Origin: Felis catus
Lineage: Eukaryota
Length of the DNA stretch: 64,000 bases
Direction of reading: 5' to 3'
Assembly (NCBI RefSeq): GCF_018350175.1
Contig: NC_058368.1
Coordinates: 58,468,001 to 58,532,000 of the forward strand
A program made the position numbers and the translations under genes. Each line of letters begins with the position of its first letter. The first letter of the stretch is position 1. A model generated the notes under the pieces. It was given only the letters and a program-made list of their open reading frames with translations, searched no databases and had not been told where the DNA came from. Shown piece by piece: positions 13,169-26,546 of this stretch.

Positions 13169-13331
13169 GTATATATATAGTTATATATAGTTATATATAT
13201 GTGTATATATATAACTATATATATAGTTATATATATGTATATATATGTGTATATAATATATAACCATATATATATTTATATATATGTATATATATGTGTA
13301 TATAATATATAACTATATATATATAGTTATA
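13169..13331. repeat. Complex AT-rich low-complexity / minisatellite with internal palindromes
   Basis: TATA-based array with ~50-bp internal periodicity and palindromic TATAACTATATATATAGTTATA blocks. Confidence 0.9.
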
Positions 13332-16300
13332 GTGATAGTAATCAACTCCTACTATTTTTCCTAATTTGTAGGTGAAATCTATAAGGTGACTACTTCTGCT
13401 ACCTTTAAAATACTCATTCTTTCTCTTCCAAGTATCTTAGATTTATTCTTCTTAAACGAAATAGTTAGAAAAAAGAAATAGTCAATCATTTACAACTTTC
13501 TTATGACTTACAGCTGTATCAAAATCATGTTGTCTTTATACCTCTATAAATATAAATATACATCTATGCATGCACATATATACTTGTGAAATATATAATT
13601 TTAATAACATTAGTCTTACCTCAATCCAGAAGAATTTTGAATAATAAATTTCTTAGAGTCATTATCATCTTAATCTTTCCCACCTTTTTTATTCTGTTTT
13701 TCTAATGATTTTATTTTATCATGATTTTCTTTCATAAAATAAACTGTATTGTAGCAAACTTATTTTTTTTTAATATCCCAAGTTAAGCTAGCCTAAACCT
13801 AAGAATTGAGAATCCTAGATGTTTGTCAAAATCAGATTAATAAAAAGACTTAGCAAATGTGCTTCATTTTCTTGATTAAAAGAAATCAAATAGCTTGGGG
13901 TGTGCCAAATGACCTAAGGAAAAAATAAAAAAGATATTCTAAATGAGACCACATGTTTCCAACTGGAAATAAAGCGAAGTATGTGACAGCTTCATTGAAA
14001 TCTTGTAATGCACTTTTAGCAACAACAACAAAAATCAACATGCCTAATTTGAATCATGGGGAAAAATGCTTCTACATCACTTTTGCCCTTCTTTTCCTTC
14101 CTCTGGCTAAGTAACATTACTCAAATTCCTTACTGTGTAGTTAAATACTTTCATGTGATCAGCAGGATGTCTGGAAATCTCTCATTTTCAGTAATGTGAG
14201 TTTTAAAATAGTATCACTTTCTTTTATGAAAGGAGAAAAGATATGTTAAACTTCTTTTTTGTGAAATGATTTTGATTTAGAATAAGAATCAACCATATTT
14301 TCACTGCCATCAAATGTTCAAATAAAAATGATATTTTGGATAACAGTGATTTAACTATAAAACATCCAAAATTTCCTTCTAAAATCAGCTATCGATACTG
14401 TTTCAGAAAGCCTAATGTAAGAGTTTAGCAATGATTGAAGCTTTTCAATTCTGACAACCTCATTTTTATAAATTTATTGTTTTATGAGAATTTTTTTTCT
14501 TACTGGTTCCCCAATATTGACAACAATATAAAAATGTGAAATTATAATATTAATTGTATCCGGTGTTTATTTGTACTTTTATTTGAAGATATTTGGTTTT
14601 TAAATCCACCTAAAATATTTCCAAGACAACTTATCTGAGAGAACTTTAGCAGATATTTATACAAATTGAGTCTATAATCTTTTTTTATTAAATTGATAAT
14701 GCAGAGTGGAAAATTCATTCAGTAGAAATACGGAGGCAATTTAGAATAAGAAACAAATCAAAAAGAGAATTCAGTGATGGCACTGAAACAAAAAAAGAAT
14801 TCAGAACATGATGGCTAAGAATGACCTAATCTTTACTTGGTCTCCTGTTGTTTCTGTTGCATGCCAGAAAGCTCATATTTAGGCTTGAAATACTCAGAGA
14901 AAAATGAAAATGTCCAATAGGCTAAATTAAATTTTTTAAATATGCATTTCCTTCACAAAAATTATAGCATTTTATGATTATTTCCAATACATTTTGTTAA
15001 CATTTATATCAATGGACATATATATGTCATTCTTTGTAATGTCTATCATATTTGAAGAGAATTTTTCACATTTCCATTTGATATTTTTTATCATTCTTAT
15101 TTAATTATTAAAGACCTATTTAGGGTTCTTGTACATGATTCCTATATATAAATACATGTGAATATACAGAATATATACATGAATTAAATATATATGCATT
15201 TATATACAGTACCTTTGTGTGTATTTAAATTATATCAAGACATTGAAATCAACTAAAATATTAACAGATTTTTGATATACCTGTGAATTCTTCAAACATC
15301 AAGAAGTGTAATTCCTTTACTGCATTTCTTCCTTTTTGTTATGTTTATAAATATATGTCCTTTTCATTTATTTCTTAAGTGCTATATTTACTATCTAAGT
15401 TCATGAAGCTCTTGTAATTCCATAGAACATTTGGAAGAAAAAAAAAAAGGAAATAGCCCAAATAATTTCAAATCCAAATACTTGTTGATCTTCACTTAAA
15501 TACAAGTATTCTACTTCTATATTCAGTTTTATATAAAACTCTAAATGGTGAATAGAAGTTTTAGACTTGTATGTTTGGACAGATGATGAATAAAATTATA
15601 CCATAGGTGGCTGTGAGAGATTACAAATTTCCTATTACTTGAAGTCAATTATAGACTTGAATGTTATGTGCAAAATTTATGGACTGAACGTGAAAATATA
15701 ACCTATATAACAGTAAGAAACTAATGAAGCATTTTTCTCTTCTTGAAAACCCTCCATGTTGGCTTTCTCATAATACAGGAATCTCAAAGTAGTTAGATAT
15801 CTTCCATTATGTCCTGCTTTCCCCAAGTAAAGGTTCCAAGAGACTAAGGCAGAAGGAACTGGGTTTCTTATAATCTTATAATCAGAAAGATCAACCCATC
15901 TTTGCTGCACTACATTGCTTACATCAGGGTCAGCCCACGTTTAAATAATGAAGGGTATTTACATCTTTGGATATAATGGTTCATTGGACTTGGTTCATTG
16001 GAAATGTGGTTCATTGGACTTGGAGGGTCATCTTATCAACTAACTACCATGATGGCAACCAAATTAAAACATTTATAAAGATCTAATCTTTTAAAAATTA
16101 TTTGATATTAGAAAAAAGTGCAATCCAACAAAGTCTAAATGATTATATTAGGATGGCAGTTACCAACATTCCAGTGGGTATTAAAATATAAACTCATTTG
16201 GAAAGTTTATACATTAATCTCCTCATTTTGTCACTAACTCATCCTGCTAAATCTACAGAGTTGCTATGAAAATAAGGAACTTCTCAGTAGACACAATAAA

Positions 16301-16717
16301 TCTGTTTTACAGTTCAGTCAGGTAGCCGATGATTTCCAGCTCTTTATCTACTATGTGACACAGAACACTGGGACATCAGTCAGTCATTTTCCAGGGAGAA
16401 TTTAAAATGTGCAAAGCTATGTTCCCTGAAGAAGTGATGATTCTGCCCATAAAAATTCCTGTGGACTTCTTATGAGATGCAGGAAGATCCTCTATTTGGG
16501 CAAGCTTATTTAGATTTTAACACAATTGGTGATGTATTTCAATATTTTGTTTCAATGAATAAAGCAAAATTGTTGCATTCCAAGCATCATCAAAATCGTT
16601 CAATCTACATTTTAGCATTAACTACCTCCTCCCAAAATGAATGTTCTAAAAGTTAATTCTTAGGTGAATTTTCTAAAGGAAATCATAATTATGCTTAAAT
16701 TATTTCCCCATTGATAG

Positions 16718-18771
16718 TGTTAAAGAGAAAAAAATCAGTGAAGCTCATTAAAGATGATAAATCAGACTTTATTTGGGATCTTCATAATAGATATAAGGGT
16801 TACTGTAATGGGATTATATAGTGGGGGAGAGAGAATGAGCTCAACTCTGAATACAGCATGAGCAATTGCTGAATACAACATTTATAGCTAAGCAACAAGA
16901 GGGGAAAATTAGTAAGAGGAAACATCAAGGGTAAGGAGGAGATCTGGCTAAACTGATGGAACAGGATTCTAACTGAAGACAGACAGGGTGATCAGACATC
17001 ACCTAGAGGATGATGATGGAGGATGAAAAATCTAATCTAATGTTGAGGGAGATAAGATATGGAGGGTGGGAGTTTCTGGTTATTATTATTTTTTATTAGG
17101 AAATTAATTGTCAAATTGTTTTCCATACAACACCCAGTGCTCATCCCATCAGGTGCCCTCCTCAATGCCCATCACTCACCCTCCACTCCCTCCCACCCCC
17201 CATCAACCCTCAGTTTGTTCTCAGTTTTTAAGAGTCTCTTATGCTTTGGCCCCCTCCCTCTCCAACTTTTATTTTGTTTTGTTTTCCTTCCACTCCCCCA
17301 TGGTCTTCTGTTAAGTTTCTCAGGATCCACATAAGAGTGAAAACATATGGTATCTGTCTTTCTCTGCCTGACTTATTTCACTTAGCATAACACTCTCCAG
17401 TTCCATCCATGTTGCTACAAAAGGCCATATTTCATTCTTTGTCATTGCCAAGTAGTATTCCATTGTGTATACAAGCCACAATCTTTATCCACTCATCAGT
17501 TGAAGGACATTTAGGCTCTTTCCAGAATTTGGCTATTGTTGAAAGTGCTGCACACTGGGGCACAAGTGTCCCTATGCATCAGCACTCCTGTATCCCTTGG
17601 GTAAATTCCTAGCAGTGTTACTGCTGGGTCATAGGGTAGATCTATTTTTAATTTTTTGAGGAACCTCCACACTGTTTTCCAGAGTGGCTGAACCAGTTTG
17701 CATTCCTACCAACAGTGCAAGAGGGTTCCCGTTTCTCCACATCCTCTCCAGCATCTACAGTTTCCTGATTTGTTCATTTTAGCCACTCTTACTGCAGGAG
17801 GTGGTATCTCAGTGTGGTTTTGATTTGTATTTCTCTGATGAGGAGTGACGTTGAGCATCTTTTCATGTGCCTGTTGGCCATCTGGATGTCTTCTTTAGAG
17901 AAGTGTCTATTCATGTTTTTGGTCCATTTCTTCACTGGATTATTTGTTTTTTGGAGTGTGGAATTTGGTGAGTTCTTTATAGATTTTGGATACTAGCCCT
18001 TTGTCCGATATGTCATTTACAAATATCTTTTCCCATTCCGTTGGTTGTCTTTTAGTTTTGTTGATTGTTTCCTTTGCAGTGCAGAAGCTTTTTATCTTCA
18101 TGAGGTCCCAATAGTTCATTTTTGCTTTTAATTCCCTTTGCCTTTGGAGATGTGTCAAGTAAGAAATTGCTACGGCTGAGGTTAGAGAGGTTTTTTCCTG
18201 CTTTCTCCTCTAAGGTTTTGATGGTTTCCTATCTCACATTCAGGTCCTTTATCCATTTTAAGTTTGTTTTTGAGAATAGTGTAAGAAAGTGGTCTAGTTT
18301 CATTTTTCTGTGTGTTGCTGTCCAGTTCTCCCAGCACCATTTGTTAAAGAGACTGTCTTTTTCCATTGGATATTCTTTCCTGCTTTGTCAAAGATTAGTT
18401 GGCCATACTTTCGTGGGTCGAATTCTGGAGTCTCTCTTCTATTCCATTGGTCTATGTGTTTGTTTTTGTGCCAATACCATGCTGTCTTGATGATTACAGC
18501 TTTGTAGTAGAGGCTAAAGTCTGGGATTGTAATGCCTCCTGCTTTGGTCTTCTTCAATATTACTTTGGCTATTCAGGGTCTTTTGTGGTTCCACACGAAT
18601 TTTAGGATTGCTTGTTCTAGCTTTGAGAAGAATGCTGGTGAATTTTCTGGTTAAATGGACTTAACAAGGTTCTTCATAAAACTAACTTTTACAAGGAAGT
18701 ACATAGATGGACATAGAAGTATTTCAAGAACTGACTAAAGAAGTTTGGTCAAACAAACAAAAACTCTGTCA
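16718..18771 (-). mobile_element. MER31/MER67-like ERV1 solo LTR (about 480 bp) split by an L1 insertion
   Basis: TG...CA ends with 4-bp TSD ATAG (16714-16717 / 18772-18775). Minus strand begins TGACAGAG...TTGACCAAACTTCTTTAGTCAG. AATAAA lies near the 3' end. LTR pieces are 16718-17082 and 18654-18771. Confidence 0.8.
17083..18643 (-). mobile_element. 5'-truncated felid LINE-1 (about 1.56 kb; ORF2 3' part plus 3'UTR)
   Basis: Colinear with 4700-6245 of the first L1. ORF2 peptides [28 protein letters not shown] and [31 protein letters not shown] (17073-17082 / 18644-18653). Confidence 0.97.
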
Positions 18772-19759
18772 ATAGTCACTGAGAATCTTCGCCCCACCCA
18801 CCCCTCAGGCTAGTTCATGGGTTAGCCTATCTTTGAAAGAGGATTAGTAATCTAGTTACCTCTGCTCTAATCTGGCTCTGATGATCTTAACCACCTAACT
18901 GCATGGTTTATCTTGCTGTCAGGCCTATTCAGCAGTATTAATTAATTAATTAATTACAGATATGATAGATTCCCTAGAATATTTCATTCTAAAACTAAAC
19001 TTCCACCTGGATCTTTAAGAATCAACTTTAGTGTGATGTTTTTTAAAGGAGTAATAAGGTTTCCTACATGCAATAGACCAGCATGATTGTGTCTGGAATA
19101 CTTACTACCCCATATCAGAGATACTGTATGCAGCTGTTTTCACTAAAATTACTACTGTCCCAAACTTTTAAGGCTCCTATTTGAAAGGCATTTTATCCAA
19201 ATTTTATAACACTATGTGTTTCACAAGTTGCAAGTCTATATTATCCAACTAATGGCTTTAATTAGAAAAAGACAGACTTTAGACACATATGTCAAAAAAT
19301 AAAAGTAATTTTATTAGATTACTTTCAGTTTTTGTTTACTTTTCTTGGAATCTGTGTAGGCAAGATTAGTTAAAAATTAAGCTATCAGATTGAAAAAAAA
19401 AAGATCTATAGTCATTCAATATCTGTGCTTTAGTCCTTATTGACAAAACAAAGCTGATGGAAATAATCTTATAAATGCTTCAAAAGGCTTCTTTTGATCA
19501 AAATAGGATTTCCTTCAGGCATACATTCTCTTTCACCTATTTATTAAATATCTGGCATCATAGTTAGACCAGTGGCATAGAAATAGCTTCCATAAAAATA
19601 AAAAAAAAAAGATGATTGTGCATTTGGATAAGAACAGGCTAATTATGCTGTAAATAATCACTGTAAAAACATAATCTAAAATTAACTTTTAAAAGTGAAG
19701 TTATTTTTTTGAATATAAATATGTACCTTGAAAATAATTTTATGTGATAATTATATAAT

Positions 19760-20670
19760 ATAACATAGACCATGATTTTTATGTAGGTAATATATCACTC
19801 ACTCATATCAAGTGTGTAAGTCAATGTATATTTTATTTTATTTTATTTTTTTCTAGTAAATTTAGCAGGTTGTGCAAATATCGTGTTAAATCAGTTTTAT
19901 AACATTTCTATCACCACAATAAGATCCTTCATGCTCATTTACTATTAATATTTGTCCCAGCTCCCCAACCACTCACCCTAGGCAACCACTATAGGTTTGA
20001 GTTTAATCTCTATATAGATTTGGGTTTTCATGATATTTTATTTTTATTTTTTTTTCAATATTTATTTATTTTTAAGAGACAGAAAGAGACAGTGTGTGAG
20101 TAGGGGAGGGGCAGAGACAGAGGGAGACACAGAATCCGAAGCAAGCTCCAAGTTCTGAGCTGTCAGCATAGAGCCTGACCTGTGGCTCCAACTTCCAAAC
20201 CGTGAGGCTCTGACCTGAGCTGAGGTTGGATGCTTAATCGATTGAGCCACCCAGGTGCCCCTCATAATATTTTTAATAAATGAAACCATATTATAGATGA
20301 TATATTGTGATTGACTCCTTTCATTCAGCACAATGTTTTTGAGGTTTGTTCATAGCTATTCTAAATCATGCTGCTAAGAACATTAGTGTACTTATCTTCA
20401 TGCGGATGCATGTTCTCAGTCTCTTGGGCATATACCTAGGAGTGGAATTGATGCATCGTATGGTAAATTTATATTTCCTTTTTAAGAGTATGTTTTCCAT
20501 GCATATGAACATGAATCATAACATGATTTCACCACTTCACATTCTCACCAGAAAAGTATGAAGATTCCCATTTTTCTACATCTTTGTCAGTGTTTGCTAT
20601 CATCTGCCTTTTACTTTATAGTCATTCTGTTGGGTGAGAAATGACATATTATTGTGGTTTTAATTTGCTA
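19760..20670 (-). mobile_element. Ancient L1M 3' fragment interrupted by a CanSINE
   Basis: L1M-type text: CCCTAGGCAACCACT, TCTCTTGGGCATATACCTAGGAGTGGAATTG, ATTGTGGTTTTAATTTGC. Confidence 0.7.
20040..20261 (-). mobile_element. CanSINE
   Basis: Full head/body/tail on minus. TSD TCAT(G/A)ATATTTT (20028-20039 / 20262-20273). Confidence 0.95.
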
Positions 20671-20818
20671 GAAAATAGTCAGCAACATGGAATCTAAGAC
20701 AGTGTAGCACTTTGGGCACATAGGAAAAATGGCTTGGTGTGGGCCTGTGTGGCTGGGGTGACAACAGACTTCAGCCCATAGAAAGTCTACATTCTCAATG
20801 CATGAAAAGGTAGACTAG

Positions 20819-21644
20819 TGTCATGGACTCTCAGTCTAAAGTTCTCTTTTGGCCAGCAAAAAAGCGGACACAGGATTAAAGTGAGAGATGGCTAATGTCT
20901 GGGAAAAGACAAGAGCCCCGAATAAGGGTCCTTGCCCCATATTTATTAAGATCAGAAGGCTTACAAACATGGCAATGGACGTGCACAAAGGGACAAAGAA
21001 ACTGTGAACATTAACTTTGGGATGTGAGGGAAAAGGGGGATTTTGAAGATATACAGTGTTTGGGGTTTGGGTCAATATAAAACAAAATCCTGGCACTGGG
21101 CAGATGGGTAGATGGTCGTTAATGGCAGACAGGAGGCGTAGTGCCTATTTATCTTAGCTAGCCTGGGGATGTGACAGATACGGAATAACCTCAGGGTTAA
21201 CAAGGCACCTTTTGTTCACCATCATCACTCTGGGCTGCTTTGCCTGCAGCTCAGTGGTCCAAAGTCCAATTCACCAATTTACCTATCTTGGCCCTATCCT
21301 CCTGTGAAAGCAGCTTTTCTGCTATAGTACTAAATTGGGGGTGCTTCCACCCTGAATATCTAATCTTGTTTATTTCATATACCTATGTATTGGGCACATT
21401 TGCACCCATTTCTATTTTGGGCCTTTGCCCTTCCTTCTGTATTCTAGGGGCTCTGTACCCCCTTTCTATTTTGGGGTGCCTCTGCACCTCCCTATTCTTG
21501 AGGTGCCTTTGCACATCCCTATTCTCGGGGTGCCAATCTGGTTAACCCAAACTCTGGTGTGAACATTCTATGGCTGTGTATTTCTTTATACCTTGTTAAC
21601 CCATTGGTGTAAACCCAGGGGGATTCCTAAGCTTATTCCCCACA
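20819..21644 (-). mobile_element. Solo LTR, 826 bp, class II (ERVK/betaretrovirus-like) inferred from 6-bp TSD
   Basis: Minus strand begins TGTGGGGAATAAG and ends CATGACA. Perfect TSD GACTAG (20813-20818 / 21645-21650). AATAAA at 20942-20947 (minus), TATA-like ATAAATAG near 21145-21152, tandem repeats in U3. Confidence 0.88.
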
Positions 21645-24039
21645 GACTAGAACAAAAGCGAATTTATCAATTAAAAGAGCCTATAAAGAAAAATGTCTGC
21701 CTCTGTCATGACCTCAACAAAGAATATTAATGATAAGAAGCTAATATTAATACCAGTAACAAAAATAAGCCTGCTTTTAAGTGATCTTGAGGTTTGAATT
21801 TCTATTATCTAGACGATTCGGGCAATTACAGTGTGGGAAATGATTTAAAATGGTCATAGTTTGATAGTGTTTCTGACACCCAGAAGAAGCAAAAACAAAA
21901 TTTCTCCCAGGAAGTCATGTTCTATTCAGGCTAAGTATTTTCCACAGATAATATTCAGCCAACTATAAGCTATAAGAAAAAACTTTCAAGTTCCATGAGC
22001 AACTTGACTACAGAAATAAAAAAAAAAAAAAAAAGGAAAAGCTTTAGACCCCATGGCTTTTATATATTGGAATTATGAAATGTATATTACAAAATAAACC
22101 CTTAATGCATTTAAGAAACTTAAAAATGGAATAAAATAAGCAATAGAAAAAGTGTTAAACTAACAAGAAAATATATTTTTATCCTTTTTTTTTATTTTTT
22201 GGAAGGATATTTTTGAACCAAATGGAGCCTCTATCTGTATTCCAAACCTCAGTAAGCCTCTTTCCCCATTTTGCCCCAAAGTGTCAAGCTGCTCTGAATT
22301 TCATCTTTGCTCACAATTTTACTGTGGCTTCAGTTTCTTATTTTCCTTTTTTATTTGCTATCAGGGAGTACTGGAGATTTGTTTCCTCTCTAGAACATTT
22401 AGCTATGCATATAAAATTTTATTTATTGTGTTTATAAAACATCTAGGCAATACAGTAAGAGGATCTTTGAAAAATATCTCACCTGTCATATTCCTGGAAG
22501 TAGAAGTCTCATAATATTTTGACAGATTTGAGTAAACTCTACAATACCTTTTGAAGGAATGGCATTTTATTTGTCTTTAACATCTATAACAATAAAACTT
22601 ATTTTGTTTATCTTTCATAGAGTAAAATTGCTAAAAGTGTTTATTTATTCTAATGTTCTATAACTATACACTTGTTAATTTTCTACAAATCTCACAAAGA
22701 TTCTGTTGTTATTTGTGAAAATTCAGTATTATTCCACTCTTTTTATTCTTATCTCTTTTATTTATTTTACTTTTTCATGTAAGTTTTTTTAATACAACCA
22801 CTACAGAAAACTGTATCTGTATGATACAATCTCTTAAAGCTGAATTAATTAATATCCTACAACATAGCAATTCCATTTCTGGTATAAACCAATGGAATGC
22901 ATAAATAATGTCTACCAAAGTGCTGTACTCAAACAGTACATTATTTGTCTGAAAATCAATGCCAATGGGTCATGTTTCAGTTAGCAGTCTGAGACAAAAG
23001 AAGAACAGAAACTTATATATCATGTTGACATTATTACAACATCCAATAAAAAAGCATGAGCAATGAACTAAACAGTGTGTTTAGTAATCTAGTCAAAATT
23101 CCAAATTATAAAACATTAATCAAATGCATGAAAGTTGAGATGGTTATGACCTACTGGTTAAATGTGCTTACTCATTATCTAAAAAACTCTGTTTGGATGT
23201 ATAATTGTGAGAAGTACATTTTTATTTTTATGTATTAAATGCCAATAAAAGTTTATTTTTAAGTTATTAAAATTTATAGCAACAAATGATATAATCAGGA
23301 CTGTATCTAACAGATCATATGGAATATGTTTGTGGGATAATATATACTCTTAGTAAAGAACGTTGCAAAGGACCTAAATAAATGGAAAAGTATGAAATAT
23401 AAAGAATCACAATGGTAAATAGGTTTATTCTACTCAAATTTATCTTCAGAGTCAATGAAATCCAAACTTGAAAGATTTTTTATGAAATTTGACTAACATT
23501 TAAGCATTTATATAGAAACAAGGACAAAAACAGAGAAGATGTATCTGAAGAAGAAAAACTGTGTATGAAAAGTTGCCTTACAGGATATGCAAATATTCTG
23601 AAGCAAAAGAATGAAGACAGTGTGATAGCAGTGCTGAAGAGAGACCTAGAGACTGACCTACACATATATTAAAAGCTTGATTTATGGCTAGGGAATATCA
23701 GTGAGGAACAGATTGTTTAGGTGAAACCTTATGTCCTGACAATTTATCGATATGAAATCAATTGTTTCTCATCTTTACATCATATTTAAAAGCCTCAAAT
23801 AAGAAAAATAAAAAGCATTAACCTTTTGTGAGAAGAAATATAAAGCAATACATTTTTTACCTTGGCAAGTACAATGTTGTAATAAGCCAAAAAATAATAA
23901 AAAGGCTATTCCTTAAAGGAAAGGTACAATAAATTCAACTATATTAAAATTAAATTTTGTTTTCACCAAAGAAAACAACACCTGGAAGAATGTATATGAA
24001 ATGAGTCTAATGACCAAATGATTGTATTCTATCATACAT

Positions 24040-24153
24040 GAATTAGTAGAGTGAGGACTATGCAGCAAAAACAGAGAACTTAGTATTCAGACTTAATGCA
24101 TTGAAAGTTGTAATTCTTATTGTTTCAGTGCAGAGTGGCCTTGATCTGTGGTA

Positions 24154-24201
<48 letters not shown>

Positions 24202-24525
24202 TGTGTGTCTGCTGATGATGGAGGGGAGGGATAGGTGAATGTGGGGAGGGACTTTGTCTCACACCATTAGTCGGGAAAGAATCTTCAACCTACCTTTTCC
24301 AAGGTTGTGGCCAGGTCTTCATCCCAATTTTCAGGAGGGAGAAGTACTGGGGTGAGTGTACATTGAAAGCTTTTATGCATTTGTCCTGGAAGTGGCACAC
24401 ATCATTTCCATTCACATTCCAAGCTGCATAATATATTTTGTTGCAAGAGACTGAGAAATAAAATCTAGCTTGAGCCAGAAAGTAAAAAGAAACACATTTT
24501 GGTAAACAGCTAGTAGATCCTCCTA
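24040..24525 (-). mobile_element. MLT1 (K/L-like) LTR containing a (TG)n tract
   Basis: GGAAGTGGCACACATCATTTCCATTCACATTCC and GCAAGAGACTGAGAAAT.AAATCT resemble old MLT1 in antisense. Confidence 0.55.
24157..24208. repeat. (TG)n microsatellite
   Basis: About 25 TG units with one interruption. Confidence 0.98.
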
Positions 24526-26497
24526 TAATAAATAAATAACTCACATAACCAATAGGAAGAAAATTACCCCATAGAAAAATAAATAGCTGAAAATCCATAC
24601 GCACATTTCAGAGAAATGCAAAAGAACTGTGAATAAACTCATGGAAAGAAATTCAACGTCATCAATGATTAAGGATACACAAAACCAAACCAAAAATAAG
24701 AAAATATTTTATACATTGTGGTCAGATATTAGAAGGACTATTAATGCCAACTGAGGATAAGCTATGGATAGATTATAAATTATGTTGTAAACTAATTTCT
24801 GACAGAGAACAATCTGGCGATGTCTGACAAAAACAAGATCCGTATATGGCATAACAATTCCACTTCATAACATACACCTCATTATGCACACTGGGAGAAA
24901 TATACCAAAATAACCATATAATAGCATATATAAAAGTGAGCACCTAAAAACAATTCAAATGTACATAAACAGAAGAATGGATAATGGATAATGGTACATT
25001 GACATAATGAATTTTACCACAGTGGAATGAATAAACTATTTCTAAGAAATAAACATGGATGAATTCAGAAAATAAAACTGAATGACATAGAACTATTATA
25101 TAAGATTGTCCATCATGGGATACTGTTCATGCAAAGTTTAAAATTAAAACTTAAAATCATATTGTCTATTATACATAAATGTATATATAAGACATAATGT
25201 GTAAGTTAATATATAGTAAAATATGTAATTATAATACAGAATATATTACACTATAGAATATATATGACTTAAATGAAAACCAGTGAATGTTGAACACAGA
25301 AGTCAAATAGTGCTTATCCACACTGGAAATAAAGAAGGACCTGATCCCCAAAAGAATGTATGGATCATGATCATACTTTTTATTACCCTCTTCTTAAATT
25401 GGGTTGTGAATAGAGTCATTCACTTCATTTTTTAAAAAGTTGTATATATGTACTTAATATAACATACATTTCCTTTTATATAAATGATATGTCAAAATAA
25501 TCTTTAAAAATTTTTATTACAATAATCTTTAAAATTGATTACCTACGATTATCTGCATGCAGGAAGAGAAACAGATGATCACTTGACTCTCCTTGAATCT
25601 CAAAAATACATATCTAAATAAAGTTTGATCTAATTAAGCAATCATTTTCAGGGCCTGATGCTTGGCATTAAGTTCTTTCACTCTTTTGTTGCCTTTTTTA
25701 TGCTTTTATGGAAATCCTAAGTGCTTTATTGACACATATATTTTTGGAAGTCCGTTATTCCATTTTCTATCACCCTGCTCTATTTGCTATTTCATATTTT
25801 ATGATATTTTATGTTCTTAATGAAAATATATTTAAATATCACTTGTTTCTGTATATATATTCTTTGCTATAATAGGAATTACAGGAAAGTTTGCATGTAT
25901 TTCATACATATAGTCACTTTAAAAATATGACTATGATACAATATTCTTATTTGCTCATATTTTTAAGCATTGTAGTTACATTTCAAAGAGTAGTTTAATA
26001 AAAACATTACTCGAATTAATCAAGCAATATTATTAAAATTGATGAACATAATTTTTCAATATGTAAAAATTTAGCACTGTTCATGCCTAATGAAGTTGCT
26101 GCAAAAAGTACATCCTTGTTTATTTCACTCTTAGTTTAAGTGATTGAATTCATATGGAACAGGAAAATAGAAAGGAAGGAAGAAAGCAGGAGCAAAGAAG
26201 GCAATTTGCAGAATTTGAGAGTGTTATTGAACTTAATAAAACTTTAATGACTATTCCTCTGATTCCAAGAGGAAAAATATATATAAAGTGATTCATTGCT
26301 AAAATTTACATTGAAAATAAAGTATTCTGTCCATCTTTAGTGATTAGTAATCTATTCTTTTCCTCTGTAATAGTTTTGAATGAGATATGTAATCACAATG
26401 CCTAGAATTGTTAATTCTATTCTTGAGTGGAGAGACTGTCTCGTAAATTTATCACCAATAATATTTTGCACAAACAGTAAATGTGGCCAATAAACCT

Positions 26498-26546
26498 TGT
26501 GTGTGTGTGTGTGTGTGTGTGTTGTGTGTGTGTATGTGTGTGTGTG
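26498..26546. repeat. (TG)n microsatellite, interrupted
   Basis: Direct reading. Confidence 0.97.

Larger units (their letters stand above)
21651..25500 (+). mobile_element. Highly decayed old L1ME/HAL1-like remnants (discontinuous)
   Basis: A-rich stretches with L1 ORF2-like text (GGACCTAAATAAATGGAAA, CAAATTTATCTTCAGAGTCAATGAAATCC, CAATTCCACTTC) at about 23300-24040 and 24520-25500. An L1ME 5'-like segment lies at 21651-22150. Boundaries are approximate. Confidence 0.5.

Noticed and set aside
21390..21535. Regularly spaced ~28-bp repeats as a CRISPR-like array
   Set aside because: They are contiguous degenerate tandem units without unique spacers, inside a eukaryotic LTR.
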